Shown one piece after another: positions 11,746 to 24,879 of a stretch of 64,000 nt of DNA (position 1 is the first letter of the stretch; every line of letters starts with the position of its first letter). Position numbers and translations under genes: made by a program. The DNA is from Octopus vulgaris (lineage: Eukaryota): assembly GCA_951406725.2 (NCBI GenBank), contig OX597814.1:151652001-151716000 (forward strand). Reading direction: 5' to 3'. Under the pieces are notes generated by a model that ran no database searches, was not told where the DNA came from, and saw nothing but the letters and a program-made list of their open reading frames with translations.

Positions 11746-12199
11746 GATTTAATTGCATATTATATTTGAAATTTTTTACTTATATCTCTTTATCTTTTTA
11801 CTATTACTGTATATCTCATTTTGTATAATGCCTTTACTCATATGTAATGGTGTATTAAAGTATTGATTGGGTATCATCGGATGGTTGATGTTTTATTGAT
11901 TTAAGTATGTTTCTCCATTCTCTAATTTTGTATATATATATATATATATATATATACAACTTCTTCGACAGAGTAACAGTCATATATACAACTTGAACAG
12001 GCACAAATAACAGTTCATAAACATACGTTTACATGAACATACACATATACATACACGCAGACACGTCTACACACATACATAAATACTCACATACATACAT
12101 ACATACATACATACATACATACATACATACATACATGCATACATACATACATATATACATACATACATACATACATACATACATACATACATACATAAA

Positions 12200-12420
12200 C
12201 ATATCTATATCACGAACTGTTACTTTCTCAGATGAAGAACAGGTCACGGTTTCAAAGCGACGAAAATATTTTGACACAAATAAAATTTAATGTTGAAGTG
12301 AAACAAACGGTTTTTGTGTGTTCTTAAATGGCTTACAAACATCTTCCATGCTGCAATTGTTTTTGTTTCAGCACACGATCTCAGATCAAGTCACTTGCTA
12401 CGCAAGTACACCTTCGTAAA
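12200..12420 (+). repeat. Dispersed repeat related to 49950-50108, possibly a PLE terminal repeat
   Basis: Shares ATGTTGAAGTGAA..AACGGTTTTTGTGTG..CTTAAATGGCTTA..CACACGATCTCAGATCA with 49979-50080. Confidence 0.65.
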
Positions 12421-13517
12421 TCCGAAAGGTTTTAGTAAATTTATGCAGAAAAAATAAGCATTATACCGTCCAGCATAAATAAAAGTCAACTTCATTATAT
12501 TTAAGCCCTTATTTTTTTCTGTAAAAACTCACATTAACTGAGTTTACTTCCGGTACGAATGTTAAAGTTTTGTACGCCTTTTTTCAACAACAAAAAATAA
12601 AATGCTAAAAAAATTCTGGAAACGATCTACTCATGTAATTTACACTCCCCCTGAAAAAAGTGCGTCAATTACATGGATTTTTACGGTATATATTATTTCA
12701 CAGTTGTGTGTTAAAATCGCAGACACGATCGAAATGTTTAACAATAACGAAACAATGTCATGAAGATTTATAAATGAACGCTATAAAATATTTAAAATGA
12801 CAGATTGTCAAATTACAATGAAATAACCTTGGTTAACAAATAGCTGTGGGTGTTGCACTTTTATCCTTTACGTGTTCCGGACCAAAACCTGTGGCCGTGC
12901 TGGAGCACCGTAATAATTCTTTTCTTTACATAACTAGGTTTAAATGCTTATTAGTATTATTAAAGTAAACAGATACATTCATCGGCGGGAGGGAAAGTAG
13001 ACATTATAGTTACTTAGACAGACAGATATTTTGACAGACAGACAGACAAGCAGGCACTCAGACACGCAGACAGACAGGTAGACAAGCAGGCAGGCCTGCA
13101 GGCAGATAGGCAGGTTGGTAGGCAGGTAGGTAGGTAGGCAGGTAGGTAGGTAGGTAGGTAGGTAGGTAGGTAGGTAGGTAGGTAGGTAGGTAGGTAGATT
13201 AATTCACAGTTATATCTTTCGTCATGCAAATAGAGAGATATATATTAATAGATATACAAATAGATATATTTCTGAAATGAAATAAAATGAAAAGAAATGA
13301 AAATAATCTCAATTGGTAAATGACTTGGACTGAGCCAAAAGTGTAGTTTGTTCGCATATTTTTATTTTTATAAATTCCTTCACTTAACCCATGCGCTTTA
13401 ATGCAATTAATCATCATGTGTTCAATCGAAACATTTGTTTTTAAAATATGGGCAACGATAGACGACATTAGTTAACAAGAAAAAAAAACGAAAAGGATTT
13501 TTTTTAAAAAGAGAAAT

Positions 13518-13934
13518 GGCGCAGGAGTGGCTGTGTGGTAAGTAGCTTGTCTACCAACCACATGGTTCCGGGTTCAGTCCCACTGCGTGGCACCTTGGGC
13601 AAGTGTCTTCTACTATAGCCTCGGGCCGACCAAAGCCTTGTGAGTGGATTTGGTAGACGGAAACTGAAAGAAGCCCGCCGTATATATGTATATATATATA
13701 TGCGTGTGTGTGTTTGTATGTCTGTGTTTGTCCCCCTAGCATTGCTTGACAAGCGATGCTGGTGTGTTTATGTCCCCGTCACTTAGCGGTTCGGCAAAAG
13801 AGACCGATAGAATAAGTACTGGGCTTACAAAAAAAGAATAAGTCCCGGGGTCGAGTTGCTCGATTAAAGGCGGTGCTCCAGCATGGCCGCAGTCAAATGA
13901 CTGAAACAAGTAAAAGAGTAAAAGAGAGTAAGAG
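13518..13934 (+). mobile_element. tRNA-derived SINE (octopus-type), full length
   Basis: A-box TGGCTGTGTGG, B-box GGTTCAGTCCC, internal TA/TG repeat, tail GGTGCTCCAGCATGGCCGCAGTCAAATGACTGAAAC(AGTAAAAG)n. Confidence 0.9.
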
Positions 13935-14190
13935 ATTAAAAGTTAACACGTACCACATGTAGGATGTGTAATATATGTAATGCTTTGCATGTAGGTAATT
14001 TCCCCCTGCATAGGTGAGTCAACTTTATGTATTCATTAAATACTATTAAAGTGACAAACTGTTTAGTTTTCTTTTAGTTATGCCCGTTTTCTTAAAAAAC
14101 GGTTTTTTCTTAAAAAAGTTGTTGGCTCCTTTGATTTTTTAATGATTTTTTACGTTACCTTATATTATATCCATAGCATATTATGTTATA

Positions 14191-14857
14191 TCTATATATA
14201 TAAAACTGTAGTTGTGTGAGTGTCTGTCCCCTTCGATTTAGATTCCTAACTACTCCCACATTTTGTGGTGCAGTTTAACCAAATTCGGGTATCTTATAGT
14301 CGTGATTTATATCGAGCCCGTGTGGGTATTAGCGCGTGTCTACGATGAGTCTACGATTTTAAAAATAATTTAACATCATCTTTTTATTCCATTTTAATGC
14401 ATAATTTCTCGTGTGTCGATGGCGGCGGAGTTGGCGTCCACGCTCACAGCTGCACCTGTGTTGCTTCTCCCCCTTCTTCCCTCCCTCGTGAAGCTGTGGG
14501 GAAGGGAGTGTAAGGAAATCAACGTCGTAAAGCATTGTCAAGGAGACCAGCGTTCTTTTAGAACAACGACTTCATGGCTTGAAGACACCAAAACAATATA
14601 TAAAAGTGAAGTTGTGTCTACGATTTAAAAAAAAATTACCATCATTTTTTCCATTTTAGTGCATTTTTTCGCTATTATATAAGGGAAGTAACTCTCTAAA
14701 AATGTCTACGATGAGTCAACGATTTAAAAAAAAATTACCATCATTTTTTATTCCATTTTTAATGCATTTTTTTGCTATTTTTTGGCTATAACTCTCTAAA
14801 AATGCCTATATAGTTATTTCCCTTACAAACCCGAGCAACGCCGGGCGATACTGCTAG
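14191..14857 (+). mobile_element. Non-autonomous Helitron
   Basis: 5' TC, 3' hairpin CCCGAGCAACGCCGGG then CTAG, inserted between A and T, with three internal repeats. Confidence 0.85.
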
Positions 14858-15067
14858 TTATAATATAAATAAATTATTGGATTGTCGATCGAATGTCTCT
14901 ATTTAATTTATTGTTTATATATATGTGTGTGTGAGAGTGTGTATATGTATGTATGTATATATATGGTTTAATCCAAACATGAAAACACAAAGAGAAAACA
15001 CAACAACGCGAGGACGTGGAACAAGTATAGTATTAGTGGACGTTCAGGAAGGAAGGGAAGAAGGAGG

Positions 15068-15102
15068 GTTTAACGTTTCGAGCGGAGCTCTTCGTCAGAA
15101 AC
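15068..15102 (-). ncRNA. Minimal hammerhead ribozyme motif
   Basis: Minus strand: GTTT-CTGACGA-A-GAGC(TCC)GCTC-GAAAC-GTT-AAAC. Confidence 0.7.
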
Positions 15103-15179
15103 ATAGGAAAAGGAAAGATCCAGAGAAGGGAAGACTGAGGGAAAAAATCGCCAACGGTACACACACGGTCACATTTTGA

Positions 15180-15628
15180 ATGTATGTATATGTAAGTGTG
15201 TATGTATATGTATGTATGTATATGTATGTGTATGTATGTGTATGTATGTGTGTGTATGTATGTCTATGTATGTATGTTTATATGCATATGTGCATGTATG
15301 TATGAATGCATGTATGTGCATGTATGTGTGTGTATGTATGTGTGTATATGTGTGTATGCGTGTATATGTGTGTATGTGTGTATGTGTGTGTGTATGTATG
15401 TGCATATGTATGTGTGTGTATGTATGTGTATGTATGTATGTATGTATGTATGTATGTATGTATGTGTGTGTGTATGTATGTGCATACATATGTGTGTGTA
15501 TGTATGTGTATGTATGTATGTATGTATGTATGTGTGTGTGTGTATATGTATGTGTGTGTATGTAAGTATATGTGTGTGTATGTATATGTGTGTGTATGTG
15601 TGTGTATGTATATGTATGTGTATGTATG
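15180..15628. repeat. Compound TG/TATG microsatellite
   Basis: Direct inspection. Confidence 0.95.
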
Positions 15629-16407
15629 CGGCAACCACTACCATTTCTATCATTTGGAAATTCTCATTCAAGTAAAATCTTAACGAATCGTTGCACACAA
15701 GAGTATTTAAGGGCCGTCAACTACTTAACAATTACACTGCATTCGAAATTTTTTTGAGAGAGGCTTACAGAGAATACATCAGTGGCTCACTGTTGCCGAC
15801 ATCTACCTTAGTATAATCAGTAACACCTTGTTCTGATCTAGGGGTATACGTACCAGATAGATATTCAGCGGTTTTAAATCTAGCAATATTTTATTTCTCT
15901 TCTTTTTATCGAGGATTATTTACAAAATGTTTAACATACTTTGTTATTTTTCAGTATTAATAAAACTTGGCCTATGAATAATGTAGGATATTATTATAAA
16001 TAACACCCTGAATTATTCGTGCCACCTTTTCCGATCGATTTTCCTATACACAAGTCACTGCATTTCAACAGGTGGGTACTTACTTCGTAGTTTTATGATT
16101 TATAATAAAAATTACCTATTAAATTTATTGACTTCTCTGAAACTCGATAATAATTCATAGTGTTAGCTTATTTCAGAAAGCCCAACTTCAATTTGTTCTT
16201 TTGAAGCAATTGTAGAAGTTTACGACAGGTTTATGTGGAATATTTTGATAACAATTAACCCAGAACAACTCGTGAAACGGCAAAACAGTTATCTTCTTGA
16301 CCTAAATATCTCAGCCTATGAAAGTAGGCTAGGAAAATTACAAAGAAAATATTTTCAACGAACAAACAAAACTATGAGATTCAGCCTAGGCCTTAAATAA
16401 TGAATGG

Positions 16408-16623
16408 TTTCTAATTTTAGCACATAATCTGCAATTTTGAGGAAAGACATGTTGGAATATTACATCGGTCCCAGTACTTGTGCCGCAGTTTATTTGATCA
16501 ACCTCGAAAGGATGACGGGCAAAGTTGACCCAGGCTGGGTTTGAACTTAGAACGTAAAGAATCGGAGAAAATATCACAAGAAGTTTTATTTCTAAAACTC
16601 TAACGATGATACCAGCACGCCGT
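16408..16623 (-). mobile_element. Degenerate Meta-domain-like SINE
   Basis: GAAAGGATGACGGGCAAAGTTGAC...TTTGAACTTAGAACGTAAAGA matches the family at 2613. Confidence 0.65.
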
Positions 16624-16689
16624 TGAGTACATTCCACTAGTCTCTTCTAAGTTTACCACCCCCATCTTTTCAAAGCTCTCAAATAACAT

Positions 16690-17650
16690 ACCATGTATTA
16701 GCTATCACATCTTGATCCATTGACTGGACGAAAGGAGCTGAGTTCTTGTGGCTATATTCCACTTTCACATAATCAGAAGGATCATTTAAGTTCATCGAGT
16801 GGCTTACTGAATTGTCAGAAAGAGCAGTTCCTTGTTGAAAATACTACACTTTGTACTGTACCATTGTACAACAGGGGGAACAAGTCTGTAAACTAGTCTT
16901 GGAGAAGGTTCGTAGCCATCCAAGTTTCTTATTTGAATGCTATGTTACACATGTAGCGACATTAATTTCATATTATCAGCAGCAGTTTATACCCCACCCT
17001 ACCCTCACCAAGAAGCGGCAGGCGATTTTTGGAAGTTTTAAAGAAAGCTGCTGATTTTCTTAACAAAAAAAAAAAAAAAAAGTAATTGCGGGAATGTACT
17101 TTTAGCAAAATCTGGTTTCATCAACTTTTTGCACCTGTTTAGGTGTTTGGCTTTCTTGAACAATAATTCTCTTCAGCTCTTTAGGACAATCAGTTACAGC
17201 CTCACCAGTCATTTTAATGTGCACACTAAGGGACCTCTCAAATATTTCAAATTAGATCTTATTAGCCAGAAAAGTTGCGTCCTCTTTCTGTAAATCTATG
17301 CAAACTTTTAACATTCACTTGAATGATCATTTTGTTTATCGGCACATCACTTCCAGTCGTATGTGGGTCGTTGATTCACTTACGCAGAAGCCTTCCATAT
17401 CAGACATCCCATGAGATCTGTGAAAAGAATGAAGTCCAGGCAGTTAACACCGTAGCTCTTGGCCTAAGAGTGTCTTTATTGTCACATATTGTTCTCACTA
17501 AAAACGTTAATGCTTTTGCAATATAACTGGATTTAACACCCGCGTCATATATTTGTAAAGCATCAAGTTGAACGTCCAATGTAATGTCTATATGACTTCT
17601 TTCCGCATGTTTGCCTTCATTTCCACGTAGGGGCCTCTTTCTGGTCATTT
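16690..17650 (-). mobile_element. Highly degenerate pogo/Tigger transposase remnant
   Basis: MTRKRP...ITLDVQLDALQIYDAG (CENP-B-like HTH), IKMTGEA, and VKVEYSHKNSAPFVQSMDQDVIA (cf. EFLPPNTTSLIQPMDQGVI). Confidence 0.7.
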
Positions 17651-18619
17651 TGAATAAGAATAATGCAATATACTGTATACATTTGAAGATATTAACTCCA
17701 ACAAATGCGATGGTAGATTAGAAAATTACGCTAAACAGTAAAACTGTAGAATTCGATGAAAGTAGCAATGTTCTGCGTTGTCAAAAGGTAATGATCGTAT
17801 TAATTTGGATGTAAGAATGCAAAAAGAAAATGAAAGGAGTTGAGAGGTGATATCGAAAGATGATTGGTCTATGATGTTGGATGAGTTACTGCATGATTAA
17901 AATTAGTAACAAGACTCATGTCTGTTAAACTGGTGCATGGACAAACAAGTAAAAGCTGAGAATGGCGCGGGTAGATGTTGGTAAGAATGTTGAAAGCAAT
18001 TGAAGGTAAAATCAGTTGAATGAGTACACGCACAGACAAGGCATGGGTCAGTGTAGCTATCAAGTAAGTGTTGATAAGTATGTTGAAAGCAATGAAAAAG
18101 CGAACTATGAGAAGGAGACAGATTCAGCCTAAGTTTAATCTGAAGATAGGCCTTAAATAATGTATTGATAAGCATTTTGGAAGAAATGTAAAATATTTTT
18201 TAAATAGTTTGAATGAGAAGAAATAAAATTTAAAAAATTGAATAGAAAAGCTGTAAGCAACAAAAATGGACAAAGAATGAACTCAAAAACAATGGCGAGA
18301 GAAATGATAAATCATATTAAAATGTCACACAAAAATATTTCTTAATATAATTTATTTATATAAAGGCATCGTGATTTTAATTTCTAAAATTCCAAAAAAT
18401 TTGTTTCTTGTATTTACATTCTCCTGTTGACAATGTTCCATCTGACAAAGCATGGTCATTTTTAAGAACGGATAAGAAACGATCGTCTCCACGAAGACAC
18501 ACAAATACAAACTGGTATTATCCCTTGCATATATCGTCAGTGTGTCTAAGAACTTGGCCAAATGTCAATATGATGCCCATTAGGTCATTGTTACTGATAT
18601 TTGCTTCTATTAAACTGAA

Positions 18620-18802
18620 CTTTGGTGGGAAAGGTGCTAGTCGATTTCATCGACCCCAGTGATGAACTGGTACTTATATCGATCCCGAAAGTCTGAAAGG
18701 CAAAGTTGATCCCGGCGAAATTTGAACTTAGAACGTAAAGACAGACGGAATGCCGCAAAACATTTTATCCTGTGTGCAAAGGATTTTGCTAGCTCGCTGC
18801 CT
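18620..18802 (-). mobile_element. Meta-domain-like SINE
   Basis: Same family as 2613-3274. Confidence 0.7.
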
Positions 18803-18884
18803 TCACTATTATTAATAATGGCTTACATTTAGATTAATCACTTTGATGACTTAGCTGCAGAACAATAAACATCGAAACACATCG

Positions 18885-19005
18885 CCTGTTTTAGACATGT
18901 GGATGACACCTATGTATTTTTGCAACACCAAGAGTACATCCAAGTTCTTGTAGATAATATGATAACACTCCATATCTTGAACCTGTTTACTCTGGAGAAA
19001 TGAAA
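18885..19005 (+). mobile_element. Short Penelope-like RT remnant
   Basis: FRHVDDTYVFLQ...NLFTLEK resembles the PLE RYVDD...FTxE motifs. Confidence 0.5.
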
Positions 19006-19399
19006 GCAACGAATTCAAATAAGCTAACAATACATGAATTGCATGTTCATCGTTATCATAGTGGTTTAAACGCTCTTGATCTTAATTTTGAAATAAATGT
19101 TTCTGGTTCGTATCCGGTCTAGTTTCATGTATACGTCTAAGAATAAGACATTTGATGATCGGAGAAAAATCATAATTATGTAGAATAGATATCAATTATA
19201 ACACTTTTCATCTAAAAATATTAGGTTATTGCCTGGTATTCTAATCTCTATATCATCCCCAACCTTCGCATGAATATTAGCTGTATATTAATAGTCAAAA
19301 TGGTATTACTCTGCTACTGTAGTCAATAATCTAATATCCGTAAAAGTATTCAATATTGAATGCTTATACCTTATCCGCACAAATTTTTACGCTTAAGGA

Positions 19400-19960
19400 G
19401 AAGGGGGACACAAACCACAATTTTCCAAAGGCATTTTTTCGTAGTGGAGTAAAAGTCGGTATTAATACAGGAAGCTGTATTAATCTATGTCAGCCTCTCT
19501 TTCGGCTTCCTAAAGAGCCTGTAGGTACCAGATCCCAAGTCTAAATTCACATTAAAGAAATCTACTCTCTTCTGGGTGGTTTCTGCTGCGATCTTGAGGC
19601 CAAGATGATTCATGATGTTTATGAGGTCCACCCTTCTCGATATTGCCAAAGCATCGGCTTTGTAGAGGCCAAATCTAGTAGAATGGAATTTCTTAAGTAA
19701 CTTTAGGACGAAAAACTCAACAAGCGCTGTCAGATGTACCCATCGCTAAATCGAAGGATCCCTTTGGGTCAATGCACTTGGCCTTGGCTGGCCCCTTGAA
19801 GAAGAGTAGGGTTGGTCTGGTATGCATGATATTGCATGTGTCAGTAATTTTAATCCCAGTAAAGGTCGTAACGAAATCCTGTGCGTTATACAAAAACTTC
19901 CTCGACATAACCAGGTAAAAATATTCTATATCAAACTGAGCAAACCTTGCTCTACGCCTG
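19400..19960 (-). mobile_element. Penelope-like RT remnant (GLYRDD type)
   Basis: LLSFDIEYFY, NIMHTRPTLLFFKG, SFDLAMGTSDSA and GLYKADAL across frameshifts. Confidence 0.65.
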
Positions 19961-20091
19961 TTTTGTACATACTAATATTCTGAATCGCATTTGTTACTTT
20001 CGAGTAATTTGTTTTCAATACTTTCATAATCGTAAGAAGATAAACAAAGAAGAAGCGTAAATTTCCGCACAAATTTAGTTCTTTACAAACA

Positions 20092-20654
20092 TACGAGATC
20101 TGTCTGAAAGGTAACCAGACTGGGTGTGCTGTGCGAATTATGAGTAGAAGAGGGATAAGCGGATTATGTTATCATCTAACATGATATCTTGGGAGTATAT
20201 ACCTGCAATCTTAGCTTTCTGCAATCATTGCATATTTTTTCACATACTTTTGTTTACACCTCCTCTTCCTCAGGTCGTTCAGCACTGAGGAATGAACAAT
20301 AAACACCGAGAAACGAACATACCTGAAACTTTTGGTCCGGTTGGGGAAAACTCCGTCACAAGAACTTGAAATGATTCAGCAAGCGTATAGAGATAACACC
20401 ATGTCGCGTCCACGTGTTTTTGAGTGGCACAAGTTTTGAAAGCGTGGAGACCATCAAGACGGCTGTAACGATGGAGCTGAGGGGCATCTCAGATGAATCC
20501 TTCCCGCAGCGCATAGAAGCGTGGCAGAAAAGGATGAAAATGTGCATTATACTCGAGGGGGATTACTTTGAAGAAGAAATCATGAAGATTCTTGTTTGAA
20601 ATTCAAATCAATTGTTTGTGGAACCAGTCCCGTTACTTTTCAAACTTTTCATAT
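20092..20654 (+). mobile_element. Internally deleted mariner element
   Basis: TA-CGAGATCTG..CAGACTGG left end and CCAGTC.. right end. N-terminal (LKLLVRLGKTPSQ) and C-terminal (FESVETIK...EGDYFE) transposase pieces are joined. Confidence 0.75.
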
Positions 20655-21654
20655 AACAACACTTATAGGTGTCTGTGGGAGTGTGTACATTAACTTTTGA
20701 TAAAGTGAATCATTACACAGGAAATGCCACAGACTTTTCATAAAAGTGCAGGGTGAGAAATTCTGATTATAATGAGCGGAACAATTATTGCCAATCAATA
20801 AGATAATGATGGTCTCATTAAAGCAACAGATGGTGATTATAACTTTGACCATACTATTTTCATGAATATAAATATAGCAGGAAAAAAATATTAGCTTAAT
20901 GTTTATAATAATATGTACATTTTTAAAGAATTATTATATGAAATTAAGTGGTATAATACAACAATCAAAATACCCAGTATCGATAAATGACACTAGCAAA
21001 ATGCACATGCCAAAATTGCTATATTCCTAAATTCATTCTTTTTGACGAGGATTTCAAATTTATTCTTAAAAAAGGCGATGGAAATGCGTTGACGATATCG
21101 TAGTTGTCATTCCTTTCGGTGTTTTTGTTACGGGGTTTCGAGTTCAAATCAGTTCATTATTGAATTTGCTTTTCTACCGCATGACATCGTGACATCGATA
21201 AGTATGTATTATAACTTCGATTGGATTCCTCGCCCCAAACTGTTTCCTTTTACAGTACCAGAAATATCATTTCTCCCTTAAATTTACTTTTTTAGATTAA
21301 GCTTTGCGTCTTGGATTGAAATTCATGAAATTTTGAATAACAAATAAAGAAGATTTTACTGGCGTTACAAATTCCATCAAAAAGATATAAAATCTCCTTC
21401 AATACTGAACAACATGGACATTCCTTAGAATATAGTTGACTGTTAAATTTGCATAAACAAAATAAATTCACCTAATCGAGGATCATTTTAATGCTATTAC
21501 GTGATGTGTGAAGAAAAACTAATGAGGTACAAATCACAGGGGAAGAAAAGAAAAATTTTACATTGGTTGTTCCCTTTTACTTTCTCTCTTCCGTTCTTAT
21601 CCGAATCCAGATAAGTATGTATCTGTGTGTGTGTGTGTGTGTGTGTGTGTATAC

Positions 21655-21755
<101 letters not shown>

Positions 21756-21798
21756 ACTGTATATACATATTTACATATATACATACACACACACACAC

Positions 21799-21842
<44 letters not shown>

Positions 21843-21844
<2 letters not shown>

Positions 21845-24340
21845 TTTAGTTGAATTAAGTACTTAAGGTGAAGCGCCAAGTCAGTCCGGTATTATCCGCA
21901 CAGCTCAAAATAAGCAACATGATATCAAGTAGTAATGCAGTACGACCGTTTCAAGCGGATCCATTTAATTGAACGATGCAATCGTTACATCAATTTAAAT
22001 GCAATGCTATCTTCAGCTGCACAAGAAAATACAAATGGAATTTCAACAGGTAGGATACATTAATATAATTTTTCTTAAATATTTTAACTGAATAGGATGG
22101 AAGAAATTCATGTTGTCGCTGTTGTACCAAAAGTGGCTAATAAAAACAGACTACAATTCCTTAGAAAAACATGGAGCATAATGGTGTCATAGGGTTGTAA
22201 TTCATTTCCAATTTGTTTATCTCTTTATCATCTACTAAAATCTGAGATTAAAAGACTGTGTATATTTAGAATAAAGAACTAGAGTGAGTTGAATAAAGAA
22301 CTGAGCAAGTTAACGCATATATTCGGTTTTCCGAAGCAAACGTGAAGTTGTTTTTCACTGTAAGACATTGACTTTGTTTGAAGAATTCCGATCCCTCAAT
22401 TAGGTTGACGCATATACCACAGTTAGGTCTTCTGCATTTTTATACTGTCGGTTTCAATGTTGTTGACGAGTGTACTTGGGCTTATGTTAGAATACTTTTC
22501 AATGACTTGCGTTGTCTTTTGCTCTTTATAATGGTGTGTGTTTGGAGGAATTGACTCATTCTATGGTTCGTTTTTATCAAAGGAATGTTCTGGTGGATGG
22601 TATCGAAGATCTCATTGTTTAAGGATTTGCGTGTCGATATGGATGGTAGGGCTTTTGGTTGTAAATACTTCTTTAGTTTGGGCTGTCTGAGTTCGTGGAT
22701 GTTGAGTTGTAGGGCACGTTGAAAACCTATATCAATTAGTGATGGTTGATAATTCCTGTTGATGAGCTCATTCTTTAGCTCATGTAGTCGTGTGTCACTG
22801 GTGTTTGTATCAGATACTATAGTACAAATCCTTTTTGCCAAGTTGAAAGGTATATTCATTCTAGCGTGTCTGGAGTGGCATGAGTTAAAACGGTAGATAT
22901 TGCTTGGAGTCCGTGGGCTTATTGTATATGTCTGTTTCTATTTTGCTTTTGGATTTATCTATGAGGATGTCGAGGAATGGATGTTGTTGATGACTATATT
23001 CCATCGCAAATTGGATGTTTATGTCAAGTCCACTTAGAAGTGCTTGAAATTCTTGAAGTCTCTCTATACTTTCATGTCAAAAAATGAAGCATTCATCTAG
23101 ATATTTCTTCCAGTTATTTTCTATGTACAAGAAGAATGAGCTAACGTATTTTTGTAGCACCTTACGATAAAGAACGATTTCTAGGCATCCCATGACTAGG
23201 TTAGCAAAGGAGGGGGACATTCTCGTACCTATGACAGTCTCCGATTCCTGTCGATAGAAGTTGTCATTGAAAACGAAGAAGTTATTCTCCAAGATGAATT
23301 TTAACTCTTCTATTACGAATTCTCTTTTTATGTGGTGTGGGAGCTCATTAGAGTAATTCTCTTGCCTGAATTGGATTGCCTCTATTCTTAGGTTGTGGGA
23401 GGATATTAGAATAGCCAGTGACTACATTGAAGGATACTAGTAGGGATTTGTTTCAGCAAGGTGGTTGAGCATATCAAGGTTGTCCCTTATGTAGCTTTTG
23501 ATATGCTTGAGGAATGGTTTTAAGAGGATATCTAAAATGTTACTAAGGCGTTGAGTTTTGCATGCGGGGCCTGCTATTTGAGGTCATTAGGTGTAGGTAC
23601 TTTGACTATTATGTCTGTAGCTTCCCTGCATGCGTTACTTATTTTTCCCTTTTATGTATCTTAGGAATACCGTAGAATTCACTGGATTTACTTTTGAAGA
23701 TAGTCATATAGTCCTATTCCTTGTCGGTGAGTCCTTCTCTGTATGGGTTTAATAGAACTTTTAGGTTTCTTATTATTTTCTGCTGACTGTAGTGTTGGAC
23801 TTTTTCATAGTATGTTGTATCTTCTAATATGAATAGTACTAGAGTTATATAGTATATATAACTTTGGAGAGTATGTTGATTTGGTCTGGTGTTTGTTCTT
23901 TGTGAGTTAGATTGATTTTTATCACTTTTGGTTTCTCCTGCATGTCTGGTGCTATCTCATATCCCTATGTTTGTGTACTGGGTCTAAAAAATGGTAGAGG
24001 TGATTGGGACGGTAGCTGTTATTTAGTTGTCCCCTGTTGTTGTGGAGTGCCCTGTTGTGATTTATAGTGCGGGTTCTTGGCTGGGGATTGAAAAGTGTGT
24101 CCCTATATTCTATGTTAGAATGTGGTGCTTCAGAGGGCGGTCGTTGATAATTATTTTGTATAGTATGGCTTTGTTGTGTGTGGTTGTTAGGTGGATTGTT
24201 GGAATAAAAATTACGTTTGTATCTCCTTATGGGTGGGGAGATGTAATGTCTACCCCGTGGGTAGTGATTTCTTTGTTTGTTGTCGGGATACTGCTGCTGC
24301 TTAAACTTTCAAACTTCAGAACCAACATTTCTTTGCACCC
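21843..24340 (-). mobile_element. Penelope-like element remnant (RT + GIY-YIG region + hammerhead-bearing 3' repeat)
   Basis: ENNFFVFNDNFYRQ..GTRMSPSFANLVMG, WKKYLDECF, NIPFNLAKRICTIVSD and CRRPNCGIC. The 3' end abuts (TA)n. Confidence 0.88.
21935..22022 (-). ncRNA. Hammerhead ribozyme motif in PLE 3' repeat
   Basis: Minus strand: GTGCAG-CTGAAGA-(long stem II)-GAAAC-GGTC-GTA-CTGCAT, with a 6-bp stem I. Confidence 0.7.
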
Positions 24341-24397
24341 ATAAATATTATTTTTTCAGATCTGTTACTACCTACCGAGCCTTCACAAATTTAGAGA

Positions 24398-24472
<75 letters not shown>

Positions 24473-24659
24473 GGAAAATGTCATACCTATATGAAGACTA
24501 TGGAAATATTTGCAACGCATTTCACTTAATTCTTTCTTCAATTTAATTTCTTTTTTCCAGTTTTACTCTTAGTTAAAAAAAAAGTAGAAATGACTGAATC
24601 CTGTACAAAATGTATGTCATGATAAAATTATTTTAGCATTTTCTACTTTGTCATATTTT

Positions 24660-24703
<44 letters not shown>

Positions 24704-24757
24704 TTCGAGACAAAACCACTATTTTGCAAATCAAAATTTATTATATATATTTATTAT

Positions 24758-24796
<39 letters not shown>

Positions 24797-24879
24797 TATC
24801 AGTTCCTCCCGTGCTTTCGAATACATTCAGTATAAAGCTGACACCATTGGTTTCTATTGGCTGCAGTTTTCTCTAAACT

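Larger units (their letters stand above)
10450..11932. repeat. Spacerless palindrome with ~740 bp arms, centre 11193/11194
   Basis: ...GATCGAAATAACTA|TAGTTATTTCGATC...; the arms differ only by a few substitutions/indels and AAT repeat count. Confidence 0.95.

Noticed and set aside
12225-12270. Hammerhead-like CAGATGAAGAAC...GTTTCAAAGCGAC
   Set aside because: Both core boxes are mutated; at most a decayed copy.
13518-13590. tRNA-like A/B boxes
   Set aside because: SINE heads continuing into SINE bodies, not tRNA genes.
15169-15757. Many overlapping MYVC/HTYI ORFs (also 21497-21879, 42743-44412, 48806-50400)
   Set aside because: Microsatellite translations.
17970-18105. Repeated FxCFQHxYQHL peptide on the minus strand
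   Set aside because: Short local duplication with no splice or homology support.
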